This document shows positions 35,617 through 44,269 of a DNA stretch of 64,000 nt, piece after piece (within the stretch, counting starts at the first letter, position 1; each line of letters starts with the position of its first letter). Source of the stretch: Thermoplasmatota archaeon (GTDB taxonomy: Archaea; Thermoplasmatota; SW-10-69-26; JACQPN01; JAIVGT01). The position numbers were made by a program, and so were the translations under genes. The notes beneath the pieces are model-generated. The model searched no databases, was not told the origin of the DNA, and was given only the letters and a program-made list of their open reading frames with translations. Where the stretch lies: NCBI GenBank assembly GCA_035541015.1, contig DATLFM010000097.1:719-64718 (forward strand). Direction: 5' to 3'.

Positions 35617-35666
35617 CTGCGCGCGCCTGCGGCGCGCGCAGTCGCTCGTCACCTCGCCACGTTTTT
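35617..35666. terminator. Perfect 11-bp GC hairpin (CTGCGCGCGCC-tgc-GGCGCGCGCAG) followed by an oligo-T tract. This is the probable terminator for the plus-strand SGNH transcript.
   Basis: The stem is at 35617..35627 and 35631..35641. TTTTT is at about 35662..35666. Confidence 0.5.
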
Positions 35667-35692
35667 CTCGGTCGCTTCGCTCCCTCGAAAAA

Positions 35693-35775
35693 CGTGGGCG
35701 CGGGGATTTGAACCCCGGAGTCCATGAGACACAGGATTAGCAATCCTGCGCCCTACCAGGCTAGGCGACGCCCAC
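35693..35775 (-). tRNA. tRNA-Ser (anticodon GCU) with a long variable arm
   Basis: Folded manually. The acceptor stem is GTGGGCG/CGCCCAC, the D-arm GCCT-AGCCTGGTA-GGGC, the anticodon stem CAGGA/TCCTG with loop TTGCTAA, the 14-nt variable arm stem GTC/GAC and the T-arm CGGGG-TTCAAAT-CCCCG. No encoded CCA. T5 lies immediately 3'. Confidence 0.85.
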
Positions 35776-36041
35776 AATCCAAAGCGGCGCTCGAATGCAG
35801 GCTCTCGCTATTAAAACAACGCGGTGGTCGGTTCCTCCTCGCGGTGACAGGGAATCCCTTAATGCCCGCCCGTTCAACGTCAGGCCAACGCTTGCGCTGC
35901 AAGCGCCAACGACACCAACAGCCCCGACCAAAAACGAGGCGGCGACCTCGTTGGCTCCCCCGGGCCGCACCCCGGGGGAGCGTCCCACTCCTTCCCGCGC
36001 GCAAGCGGCAGCCCTTTTTGCGCCCGCGCCGTTTGCCCCGC

Positions 36042-37613
36042 GTGCCCGCCTCGCTGCTGTTCCGCAACGGCACGATCCTCACCATGGACCCCGCCCGCCC
36101 GCGGGTCGAGGCCCTCGCCGTCGGCGGCGGGCGCATCCTCGCCGCAGGCTCGCTCACGGAGGCGCGCGCGTTCGCAGGTCCGGGCACGCGGGTCGTCGAC
36201 CTTGGCCGACGCTGCCTGCTTCCGGCCTTCGTGGACGCCCACACGCATCTCACCCACTTTGGCCTCGACCTCTCGCGCCTGGACCTCTCGCAGGCCCGAA
36301 GCCTCCGCTCGGCGCTCGCCTCCCTGCGCGTCCGCGCCGCGCGCGCCAAGCCCGGCGCTTGGATCGTCGCACACTCGTTCGACGAGACGCGCTGGCCCGA
36401 GAACCGGCTTCCCACGCGCGCGGACCTCGACGCCGTCGCGCCCAACCGCAAGGTCCTTCTCCGCCGCGTGGACGGCCACAGCGCCGTCGTGAGCTCCGCC
36501 GCGCTCGTTCGGCTGGACCTGCGGGGGGTCGAAGGCGTCGAGCGCAAGGCGGGCGTCGCCACGGGCGTGCTGCGCGAGGACGCGGCGGACCGCGCGTACG
36601 AGGCCGCCCGGGCCACGCGCGAGGAGGTCGACGCGGGCTTGCGGAGGGGGGCGCGGCGGTTGCACGCGATGGGCGTGGCAAGCGTGGCCGAGACCTCCGA
36701 AGCGTGGGAGGCACGGGCGTATCGTCGCCACGCCCGCTCCGGGCGGCCGCTTGTTCGGGCGTACCTCAAGGCGCGCGAGTCGTTGCTCGACGAGGCGCTC
36801 GCCCGGGGCACCGCGGGCGACGCGTGGATCCGCTGGGGCGGCGTGAAACTGTACCTCGACGGGAGCTTTGGGTCGCACACGGCTGCGCTCTCGGAACCGT
36901 TTGCCGACGCGCCCGACGTGCGCGGGCTCCTCACGTACTCGGATGCGCGCTTGCGGTCGATCGCGCGGCGGGCGCACGCGGGCGGGCTGCAGCTTTGCAT
37001 GCACGCGATCGGCGACCGCGCGATCGACCAGGCGTTGGCGGCCGCGGCCGACGCGCAGCGGTCGCGCGCCCGCGCCGACGCGCGTCATCGGATCGAGCAT
37101 TTCCTTCTTCCCTCGCAGGACGCGATCGAGCGGGCGCGGCGCCTGGGCGTCGTGGCAAGCGTGCAGCCGAACTTTTTGGGCCGCTGGGGCGGCAAGGACG
37201 GGTTGTACGAGCGACGGCTGGGCGTGCGGCGCGCGTCGCGGTTGCTGCCGCTTCGCGACATGGCCGACGCGGGCGTGCGGATCGCCCTCGGGAGCGACGG
37301 CATGCCCTACGGTCCCCTGTTTGGCATCCATTCGGCCGTGAACGCGCGTTACCCCCGCCAACGGCTGACGGTCGACGAGGCGCTGCGGGCCTACACGGCC
37401 GACGCCGCTTGGGCGTGCCATGCGGAGGATCGCGTTGGAAGCCTTTCGCCGGGGAAGCTTGCGGACCTCGTCGTGCTCTCGCGCGATCCGCGTGAGGACC
37501 CGACCCGCATCGACCGGCTCTCCGCGGTCGCCACGTACCTCGACGGAAAGCTCGTGCACGGGGCCGTCTACCGCAGGCTGTCGAGCCAGCGGTCGGCGCG
37601 CAGCAGGCCGTAG
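36042..37613 (+). CDS. Metal-dependent amidohydrolase (Amidohydro_3/YtcJ-like)
   Basis: The metal-binding motifs are HTHL, MHAIGD, the IEH block and ALGSDG. The likely start is GTG at about 36042 (VPASLLFRNGTILTMDP), in frame within ORF 35724..37613, whose 5' part overlaps the tRNA. Confidence 0.8.
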   Translation: MPASLLFRNGTILTMDPARPRVEALAVGGGRILAAGSLTEARAFAGPGTRVVDLGRRCLLPAFVDAHTHLTHFGLDLSRLDLSQARSLRSALASLRVRAARAKPGAWIVAHSFDETRWPENRLPTRADLDAVAPNRKVLLRRVDGHSAVVSSAALVRLDLRGVEGVERKAGVATGVLREDAADRAYEAARATREEVDAGLRRGARRLHAMGVASVAETSEAWEARAYRRHARSGRPLVRAYLKARESLLDEALARGTAGDAWIRWGGVKLYLDGSFGSHTAALSEPFADAPDVRGLLTYSDARLRSIARRAHAGGLQLCMHAIGDRAIDQALAAAADAQRSRARADARHRIEHFLLPSQDAIERARRLGVVASVQPNFLGRWGGKDGLYERRLGVRRASRLLPLRDMADAGVRIALGSDGMPYGPLFGIHSAVNARYPRQRLTVDEALRAYTADAAWACHAEDRVGSLSPGKLADLVVLSRDPREDPTRIDRLSAVATYLDGKLVHGAVYRRLSSQRSARSRP

Positions 37614-38641
37614 CCGTACCGATCGTCGTGCGCAAGTCCCGACGCGCCGGCAAGCGGCCCGATCTTCTGCGCCGAGGCGGCAAGCGCGCTCTTCACGGCG
37701 CCGATGTGGCCGGCCCGGCTTCCCTCGCGCTTGAATTCGGGCTTGGCCTCGAGAAGGAGCGCAAGGGCGGCGGCCACGTACGGCGCGGCTTGGCTCGTGC
37801 CGTCGGCCGTCGCGTACTGCCCGCCGCGCCAGGGCCCGAGGATGCCCACGCCCGGCGCGACGATCTCGGGCTTGCGGTCGGGATTCTGCCGCGCGCCCAC
37901 GAGGCCGCCCACCACGCCGCCGTTGTCGCCCCGCTGGCTGAACGACGCGATGCGAAGGTTCCGGTCCACGGCGCCCACGGCGATCACGTCCTTCACGCTC
38001 GCCGGGCTTGCGACGTCGCCGTTTCCGCCGCCCTCGCGGTTGCCCGCGGCCGCGACGACGAACACGCCCGCGCGCAGCGCGTCGGAGACGGCGTTCTCCG
38101 TTTCCGTCCCAAGGAGGAGGCCCTTGGCGCCGCCCAGGCTCATGAGGATGACGTGCGCGCCTTGCGTCTTGGCCGTCGTGACCGCGCGCGCGACCGTCGT
38201 GTCCGATCCCTCCCCGCCGGCCCGGATGGCCTTGATGACGAGGAGCTCGACGCCCGGCGCGGAGGGCGCAAGCTTCACGCCGCTTAGGATCTCGGCCCAG
38301 AGACCCGTCGCGCCGACGACGAGGCCCGCCACGTGCGTGCCGTGCCCGTTGTCGTCGTACGGCTTGCCCTGCCCGTTCACGAGATCGGCCCATCGGACGG
38401 TGCGGCCCGCAAACGCCGGATGATCGGGATCGATGCCCGTGTCGATGATGGCAAGCCGCACGCCCGCCCCCGTGAGCCCGCGTCCGGCGAGCGTGGAAAG
38501 GCCCGTGGCCTCGCGAGCCCACTCGGTCTGCGCCACGCAGCCGGCAAGCGAGGGGACGAGGAGGAGGGCGGCAAGGGCAAGGCCAAGCGGCTGCGCGCGC
38601 ACGACAACGCGGAAGCGCCCGCGCGGGAAAACGTTTTTCAT
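37568..38641 (-). CDS. Subtilisin-like serine protease (S8), predicted lipoprotein
   Basis: The likely start is MKNVFPRGRFRVVVRAQPLGLALAALLLVPSLAGC, with a lipobox LAGC. An alternative GTG start is at about 38602. S8 motifs IIDTGID, DDNGHGTHVAG and GTSQAAPYVAAALALL are present. Confidence 0.8.
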   Translation of the reverse strand: MKNVFPRGRFRVVVRAQPLGLALAALLLVPSLAGCVAQTEWAREATGLSTLAGRGLTGAGVRLAIIDTGIDPDHPAFAGRTVRWADLVNGQGKPYDDNGHGTHVAGLVVGATGLWAEILSGVKLAPSAPGVELLVIKAIRAGGEGSDTTVARAVTTAKTQGAHVILMSLGGAKGLLLGTETENAVSDALRAGVFVVAAAGNREGGGNGDVASPASVKDVIAVGAVDRNLRIASFSQRGDNGGVVGGLVGARQNPDRKPEIVAPGVGILGPWRGGQYATADGTSQAAPYVAAALALLLEAKPEFKREGSRAGHIGAVKSALAASAQKIGPLAGASGLAHDDRYGYGLLRADRWLDSLR

Positions 38642-39743
38642 GCCACCCCCGGCTGCGGAGCCGATGCCCGGCGCGCTGCTTTTGGCCCACGACCGCTTCG
38701 ACCCGCTGTGGGGGAAGACGGCCGTATGCATCCTCCGCTACAACCCCGGCCGCGCGGTGGCCGTCGTGGACCGCAGCAACGCCGGCCGCGACGCGGGCGA
38801 GGTCGTTGGCCCCGTCGGCCGCGGCGTGCCCGTCGTCGCGTCGGTCGAAGAGGGGCTGCGATTTGGCCCCGACGAGGTCGTGATCGGAATCGCGCCCGTG
38901 GGAGGCGCCCTCCCGGACGCCTGGCGGCCGGACCTCCGCGCGGCGCTCGACAACGGCCTCGGCGTCGTCTCGGGCCTTCACACCTTCCTCGCCGACGACC
39001 CCGAGCTGTCCGCGCTTGCGCAAAAGAGCGGCGCAAGCATCGTGGACGTCCGCCGGCCGCCAGCCGAGAAGCGCATCCTCGACGGCTCGGGGCGCCGGGT
39101 CCGCGCGCCCGTCGTCCTCACGGTCGGCACGGATTGCTCCTCCGGCAAGATGACGACCGCCGTGGAGATCGTGCGCGCCGCCCGCGCGCGGGGCCTTCGG
39201 GCCGCGTTTGCCGCGACGGGGCAGACGGGGATCATGATCGGCGCCGACGCGGGCGTCGCCGTCGACGCCGTCGTCTCCGACTTCGTGGCGGGCGCGACCG
39301 AGCGCCTCGTGCTCGAATGCGCCCGCTCCGACCCCGACCTCATCGTGGTCGAGGGTCAAGGCACGCTCACGCATCCCGCCTACGCGGGCGTCACGGCAAG
39401 CCTTCTGTTCGGGGCCTGCCCCGACCTCCTCGTGCTCTGCCACGACGCGCGACGCAAGGAGATGAAGGGCTTTGGCGCAAAGCTCCGCTCGCCGCGCGAG
39501 GAGATCGCCCTCAACGAGACGCTCCTGTCCGGTTGGACGCGCGGGAAGGCGTGCGCCGTCTCGCTCATGACGCTTGGTCTCTCCGAGCGCGCGGCCAAGG
39601 ACGCCGTCGCCCGCGTGCGCCGCCAGACCCGGCTGCCCACGACCGATCCCGTGCGCTCTGGCCCAAAGCCGCTGCTCGACGCGGTGCTCGCGCGCGCCGG
39701 AAAGATCCCCGGCAAGCGCGCCCTCCGGAGGCTGAAGCGCTGA
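38640..39743 (+). CDS. DUF1611-family protein (Rossmann-like, typically partnered with dipeptide epimerase)
   Basis: The start ATG at 38640 overlaps the opposite-strand S8 start codon. The alternative Met at 38664 gives MPGALLLAHDRFDPLWGKTA. The family assignment rests on overall pattern and on the conserved partner gene downstream. Confidence 0.6.
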   Translation: MPPPAAEPMPGALLLAHDRFDPLWGKTAVCILRYNPGRAVAVVDRSNAGRDAGEVVGPVGRGVPVVASVEEGLRFGPDEVVIGIAPVGGALPDAWRPDLRAALDNGLGVVSGLHTFLADDPELSALAQKSGASIVDVRRPPAEKRILDGSGRRVRAPVVLTVGTDCSSGKMTTAVEIVRAARARGLRAAFAATGQTGIMIGADAGVAVDAVVSDFVAGATERLVLECARSDPDLIVVEGQGTLTHPAYAGVTASLLFGACPDLLVLCHDARRKEMKGFGAKLRSPREEIALNETLLSGWTRGKACAVSLMTLGLSERAAKDAVARVRRQTRLPTTDPVRSGPKPLLDAVLARAGKIPGKRALRRLKR

Positions 39744-40771
39744 AGCTCTCCGTGGGCGTCGTCGACCTTCGGCTCTCCCGCCCGTTTGTCATCAGCGCCG
39801 GCGCCGCCACGACGGAAAGGACGCTCGTCGTGGAGCTCTCGCACGACGGCCTCGTCGGCCTTGGCGAGGCCTCGCCGAGCGCGCGCGTGTGCGGAGAGAC
39901 GCTCGACGACGCGTCGCGCTTCCTCGACGGCGTAGCGGCGCGAATTGCGCGCGGCGAGCTTTCGGACCCCGTCGCGCTTCTCTCCTGGGTCGACAAGCAA
40001 ACGGGCACGCCCGCCGCGCGGTGCGCGGTCGAAACGGCCGTCGCCGACCTTCTGGGCAAGCAGCGGAAGAAGAGCGTGGCGCAGCTTCTCAACCTGCAAC
40101 CGGCGCGGCTTCCCACGAGCGCCACCGTGAGCCTGGGATTGCCCGAGGCCATGGCCAAGCAGTCCGTCGAGTACGTCGAGCGGGGTTTTAGGGTCCTAAA
40201 AGTGAAGGTGGGCGAGGCCGCGCGCGACGTCGAGCGGGTGGCGGCGATCCGCGACGCATGCCCGGAGGCGGCGATCCGTTGCGACGCCAACGGGGGCTGG
40301 AGCGAGGCGGAGGCCGTCCGCGTGACCTCGGCCTTGGAAAAGCTCGAGATCGAGCTTCTGGAGCAGCCGCTTGCGCGCGGCAGCGAGGCGGCGATCCGAA
40401 GGCTTGCGGGCTGGACGGACGTCCCGATCTTCCTCGACGAGAGCGTGCTCTCGTTCGCGGACGCGCAGCAAGCGGTGGCGGACCGCGTGGCCGACGGCAT
40501 CAACGTGAAGCTCATGAAGACCGGCGGCCTGCACGAGGCCCTGCGCATCGCGCGGCACGCCCGCGCGCACGACTGGCCGCTCATGATCGGCTGCATGATC
40601 GAGACGTCCGTTGGCATCACGGCCGCAAGCCATCTTTTGGCCGCCTTCGACCACGCGGACCTCGACGGCGCGTTCCTCACGGCGAACGATCCGTTCGAGG
40701 GGGCGACCCTCCGCGACGGATTTGTCGCGCCACCGCCGGGGCCGGGTCTTGGCGTGCGGCCGAAACCGTGA
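39740..40771 (+). CDS. Enolase-superfamily dipeptide epimerase (L-Ala-D/L-Glu epimerase-like)
   Basis: It contains KVKVG, CDANGGW, LEQP, IFLDES, NVKLMKTGG and the MIGCMIETSVG catalytic-lysine and metal-ligand layout of MR/MLE enzymes. The start is CTG or GTG at 39740-39752 and overlaps the DUF1611 stop. Confidence 0.75.
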   Translation: MKLSVGVVDLRLSRPFVISAGAATTERTLVVELSHDGLVGLGEASPSARVCGETLDDASRFLDGVAARIARGELSDPVALLSWVDKQTGTPAARCAVETAVADLLGKQRKKSVAQLLNLQPARLPTSATVSLGLPEAMAKQSVEYVERGFRVLKVKVGEAARDVERVAAIRDACPEAAIRCDANGGWSEAEAVRVTSALEKLEIELLEQPLARGSEAAIRRLAGWTDVPIFLDESVLSFADAQQAVADRVADGINVKLMKTGGLHEALRIARHARAHDWPLMIGCMIETSVGITAASHLLAAFDHADLDGAFLTANDPFEGATLRDGFVAPPPGPGLGVRPKP

Positions 40772-40835
40772 ACGGGCCGCGGCGAAACCGTCGCGCGGCG
40801 CGCGGATTTCGCGCGCTCTGGCCGGCCCCCCGACA

Positions 40836-40845
40836 CCTATTAATA
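40836..40845 (+). promoter_or_regulatory. Palindromic TATA box (CTATTAATAG) of the A1AO ATP synthase operon
   Basis: It lies about 34 nt upstream of the atpH ATG (40875), which gives a leaderless or short-leader transcript. Confidence 0.55.
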
Positions 40846-40874
40846 GTGCAACCCGATTCCCCGCCCGAAGTTCC

Positions 40875-41204
40875 ATGGACGCCAAGGTGGAGGCGCTCCG
40901 TCGCGTCAAGCAGGCCGAGGAGGAGGCCCGGCGCATCCGCGAGGAAGCCTCTCGCAACGCCGAGACGATCGTCCGCGAGGCCCAGCTTTCGGCCGCCCGC
41001 GTCCTCGAGGAGGCCCGGACCGCCGCCGACGCCGAGCACCGCACGGGCCTCGCGCGCGCCAAGGACGAGCTTTCCCGCGAGCGCGAAGCGGCCCTCCAAA
41101 AGGGCCGCCGCGAGGCCGACGCCATCCTTGCGCGCCGCAACTCCAAGTCCTTCGAGAAGGCCGCCGAGCTCCTCCTTTCGCGGTTCGAGCAGAGGGTGGC
41201 CTAG
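40875..41204 (+). CDS. atpH: A-type ATP synthase subunit H
   Basis: 109-aa charged coiled-coil protein MDAKVEALRRVKQAEEEARRIREEA..., first gene of the operon. The start is the internal Met of ORF 40611..41204. Confidence 0.75.
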   Translation: MDAKVEALRRVKQAEEEARRIREEASRNAETIVREAQLSAARVLEEARTAADAEHRTGLARAKDELSREREAALQKGRREADAILARRNSKSFEKAAELLLSRFEQRVA

Positions 41205-41207
41205 CGC

Positions 41208-43346
41208 ATGAAACCCGCGCGCATGGCCCGACTCCTCGTCGTCGCGCCGCGCGCGCGCCTTCGCACCGTCGTCGACACGCTCTACGGGCTCGAGCTTGCC
41301 CATCTCGTCGAGCACGTCGAGAGCGACGACCCCGAGTTCTCCGAGTTCAAGCTCGGCCGGCCGCTTCCGGAGGGAAGCGGCGCAAGCGAGCGCCTCGTCA
41401 AGCTGCGCGGCCTCCACCGGCACCTCGGCCTTGCCGCCGAGGAGGCCACGGCCGCGCCGGGCGCGCCGCGCGTCCCCGCGTCCGACATCCGCCGCAAGCT
41501 CGATCAGGCCATCGCGCAGATGGAGCTCGACGTCGCCTCGGCAGCCGAGGGCCGCAACCGCATCCAGCAGGAGCTCTCCGACCTGCAGAAGCGCCGCGAG
41601 CCCCTCGCGCCGCTTGTTCCCCTTTCGCTGTCGCTTGACGACTACCGAGGCTACGAGAGCCTGGCCGTGATCGTCGGCTCCTGCGAAGCCGATCCCCGCA
41701 AGATCGAGGGCGACCTCTCGCTTGCGACCTCCGGCGAGCACGAGATGTTCGAGGCGCCCCCCGTCTACGCGATCTTCGTGCCCCGCCGCCTGCTCGCGCC
41801 CACCCAAGAGGCCCTGCGCGCGCTCGGCTTCAAGGAGCAGGAGCTCCCCGAGGGGCAGGGCAGTCCCGCCGACGAGCTTGCGCGCGTCGAGCGCTTCGAG
41901 GCCGAGCTTAAGGCGAAGCTCGAGCGCGCCGAGGGCGAGCTCGCCCGCCTCCGCGAGCAGCACCGGCAGTTCCTCGTCGCCGCCGAGGAGGACCTCACGA
42001 TCGAGGTCGAGAAGTCCGAGGCGCCGATCTCCTTTGCCACAAGCGAGCACGCCTTCGTGGCCGAAGCGTGGGTCCCCGCCTCCGACGTTGCGAAGGTCCG
42101 CTTGGCGCTCGAGCGGGCCAGCGGCGGCGACGTGCACGTGGACGTGCTCGCCCACGCGGTCGCCCACGCCGACGCTCACCACGGCGGCGCCCACGCCGCG
42201 CCCCAGGCCGAGCCGCCGACGAAGTACGAGAACGCGCGGGCCTTCCGGCCCTTCCAGTTCTTCACCGATCTCGTGAGCACGCCGAAGTACGACGAGATCG
42301 ACCCCACGCCCGTGCTCGCCCTCATCCTGCCGCTGTTCCTTGGCTTCATGATCGGCGACTTCGGGTACGGCATCCTCATGGTCCTCATCGGCGTCCTGCT
42401 CGTGCGCCGCCTGGGCCACCTCCAGGGCGTCCGCGAGCTTGGCATCGCCGTTGCGCTTGCGGGCATCGTGGCCGGCGTGCTGGGCGCCGTCGTGTTCGCC
42501 GAGGCCTTTGGCATCCACTTCTTCATCCCCAACTACGAGTACGAGCACATCAAGCACGTCCTCGAGGACAAGCACGCGGCCATCACCGCCGCCAGCGTGT
42601 GCTCCACGCTCTACCACGAGGGCGCCGTCTCGTGGGGATGCCTCTTGGGCATGGATCTCCACGCCGATCCGATGCTCTCGAAGCTCACGCAGGTCACCGA
42701 CCTTCTCGTGCTCTCGGTCCTCGCGGCCTTCGTCCACATGGGTCTGGGCCTCGTCTTTGGCATGGTCAACGCCTGGGGCCACTCGAAGCGACACGTGCTC
42801 GCCAAGTTCGGCTGGCTTGCGCTCATGATCGGCTTCTTCGTGCAGATCCTCTACATGGCCGGCTACGAGGGCGGCAACCGCGTCGCGCTTGGCGCCTGGA
42901 ACGTGCTGGGCGTGCCGGAGGCCACGATCGCCGTGGCCGGCGTGGGCTTCCACGTTGCGCTTTTGGCCGCGCTTGTTCTCGGCGCGATTCTCCTGGCCGT
43001 GGGCGAAGGGCCCATCACCGTGCTCGAGCTTCCCGCCATGCTCTCGAACCTCCTCTCCTACACGCGTCTTGCGGGCCTTGCCGTCGCCAAGGCGGCCATG
43101 GCCGCGGCCTTCACGAGCCTCACGCTCGTGGCGATGGTCCTCGACGGCACCGATCTCCTGTTCCTCGTGATCGGGCTCGTGCTGTTCGTGATCACGCAGC
43201 TCTTCGTGTTCGTGCTCGGCGTCTTCTCGAGCGGCATCCAGGCGATCCGTCTCAACTACGTCGAGTTCTTCAACAAGTTCTACACGGGCGGAGGCAAGCC
43301 CTTCGCGCCGTTTGGAAAGCGACGAATCCACACGATCGAAACGTAA
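41208..43346 (+). CDS. atpI: A-type ATP synthase subunit I (membrane a-subunit)
   Basis: 712 aa. It has a soluble N-terminal half and a polytopic C-terminal half with conserved Arg-containing helices. Confidence 0.9.
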   Translation: MKPARMARLLVVAPRARLRTVVDTLYGLELAHLVEHVESDDPEFSEFKLGRPLPEGSGASERLVKLRGLHRHLGLAAEEATAAPGAPRVPASDIRRKLDQAIAQMELDVASAAEGRNRIQQELSDLQKRREPLAPLVPLSLSLDDYRGYESLAVIVGSCEADPRKIEGDLSLATSGEHEMFEAPPVYAIFVPRRLLAPTQEALRALGFKEQELPEGQGSPADELARVERFEAELKAKLERAEGELARLREQHRQFLVAAEEDLTIEVEKSEAPISFATSEHAFVAEAWVPASDVAKVRLALERASGGDVHVDVLAHAVAHADAHHGGAHAAPQAEPPTKYENARAFRPFQFFTDLVSTPKYDEIDPTPVLALILPLFLGFMIGDFGYGILMVLIGVLLVRRLGHLQGVRELGIAVALAGIVAGVLGAVVFAEAFGIHFFIPNYEYEHIKHVLEDKHAAITAASVCSTLYHEGAVSWGCLLGMDLHADPMLSKLTQVTDLLVLSVLAAFVHMGLGLVFGMVNAWGHSKRHVLAKFGWLALMIGFFVQILYMAGYEGGNRVALGAWNVLGVPEATIAVAGVGFHVALLAALVLGAILLAVGEGPITVLELPAMLSNLLSYTRLAGLAVAKAAMAAAFTSLTLVAMVLDGTDLLFLVIGLVLFVITQLFVFVLGVFSSGIQAIRLNYVEFFNKFYTGGGKPFAPFGKRRIHTIET

Positions 43347-43360
43347 GGAAAAGGATACCC

Positions 43361-43693
43361 ATGAGCGGCAACAACGTCGTCAAGATCGGGATCGGGATGC
43401 TGGCGGTCCTCGCCCTTGCGGGCACCGCGGCGGCGCAGGAAACCGGATCGGACCGCGGAGCCCTTGCCGAGGGCGCCGGCCTGATGGTCATCGGCGCGGG
43501 CCTTGCCCTTGGCCTTGCCGCCATCGGCACGGGCATCGCCCAGTACGGCATCGGCGCGGCCGTCGTCGGCGCCGTGGCGGAAGACCCGGCGTTCCTTGGT
43601 CGCGGCTTCATCCTGCTCGCCTTCGTCGAGACGATCCTCATCTTCGGTTTCGTCGGCCTCATCCTGCTCTCCGGCAGGATCCCGACGCTCTGA
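43361..43693 (+). CDS. atpK: A-type ATP synthase proteolipid subunit K (c-subunit)
   Basis: 110-aa two-helix-hairpin proteolipid, GAGLALGLAAIGTGIAQYGIGAAVVGAVAEDP...LAFVETILIFGFVGLILL. An RBS-like AGGAAAAGGA lies upstream. Confidence 0.9.
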   Translation: MSGNNVVKIGIGMLAVLALAGTAAAQETGSDRGALAEGAGLMVIGAGLALGLAAIGTGIAQYGIGAAVVGAVAEDPAFLGRGFILLAFVETILIFGFVGLILLSGRIPTL

Positions 43694-43719
43694 AGCGGAA
43701 ACGAACCCCAGGTGGAACC

Positions 43720-44268
43720 ATGGCCCTCGAGAACGTGGTCGACGGGATCCGGGCGCAGGCCCGCAGCGAAGCCGACGCCCAGGCGGCAAAGGCCCGCGCG
43801 GAGGCGGAAGCGCTCCTTGCTGCCGCGCGCGAGAAGGCGGCCAAATTCCGCGAGCAGCGCTCGCGCGAGCTTGCCGACGAGATCGTCCGCGTCTCGCGCC
43901 GCGAGCGGGCGGCCGCCGAGCTCGAATCCCGCCGGCTCAAGCTCGAGGCCGAGAAGGCCCTGCTTGCCGCCCTGCGCGCGGCCGCGGAGACCCGCCTTCG
44001 AGAGCTTCCGCCCGAGGTCCGCGCACGCCACGTGAAGCAGCTTGCCGCGCGCGCGGGCATCCCCGGCGGCCGCCTCGTCGTGTCCGAGAAGGACCGCGCG
44101 GCCGCCGAGAAGCTCGGGGGCCCCGTGACCACGGGCGCCTTCCTCGGCGGCGTCGTCGTGGACGCGCCCGACGGATCCACCCGCGAGGACCTGCGCTACG
44201 AGTCGCTCCTCGACGAGATCTGGCAGGCGAACCTGAAGGACGTCGTGTCGGTGCTGCTGGAGAAGTGA
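43720..44268 (+). CDS. atpE: A-type ATP synthase subunit E
   Basis: 182 aa. It has an Ala/Arg/Glu-rich N-terminal helix and a globular C-terminus. Confidence 0.8.
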   Translation: MALENVVDGIRAQARSEADAQAAKARAEAEALLAAAREKAAKFREQRSRELADEIVRVSRRERAAAELESRRLKLEAEKALLAALRAAAETRLRELPPEVRARHVKQLAARAGIPGGRLVVSEKDRAAAEKLGGPVTTGAFLGGVVVDAPDGSTREDLRYESLLDEIWQANLKDVVSVLLEK

Positions 44269-44269
44269 C

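Noticed and set aside
35880-39443. 1187-aa minus-strand ORF spanning the amidohydrolase, S8 protease and DUF1611 genes
   Set aside because: It is Arg/Gly/Pro-rich nonsense translation antisense or out-of-frame to well-supported genes. Long stop-free frames are expected at about 70% GC.
40677-43331. 884-aa minus-strand ORF antisense to atpI
   Set aside because: atpI on the plus strand is unambiguous. The antisense frame is a low-complexity E/R/G-rich artifact.
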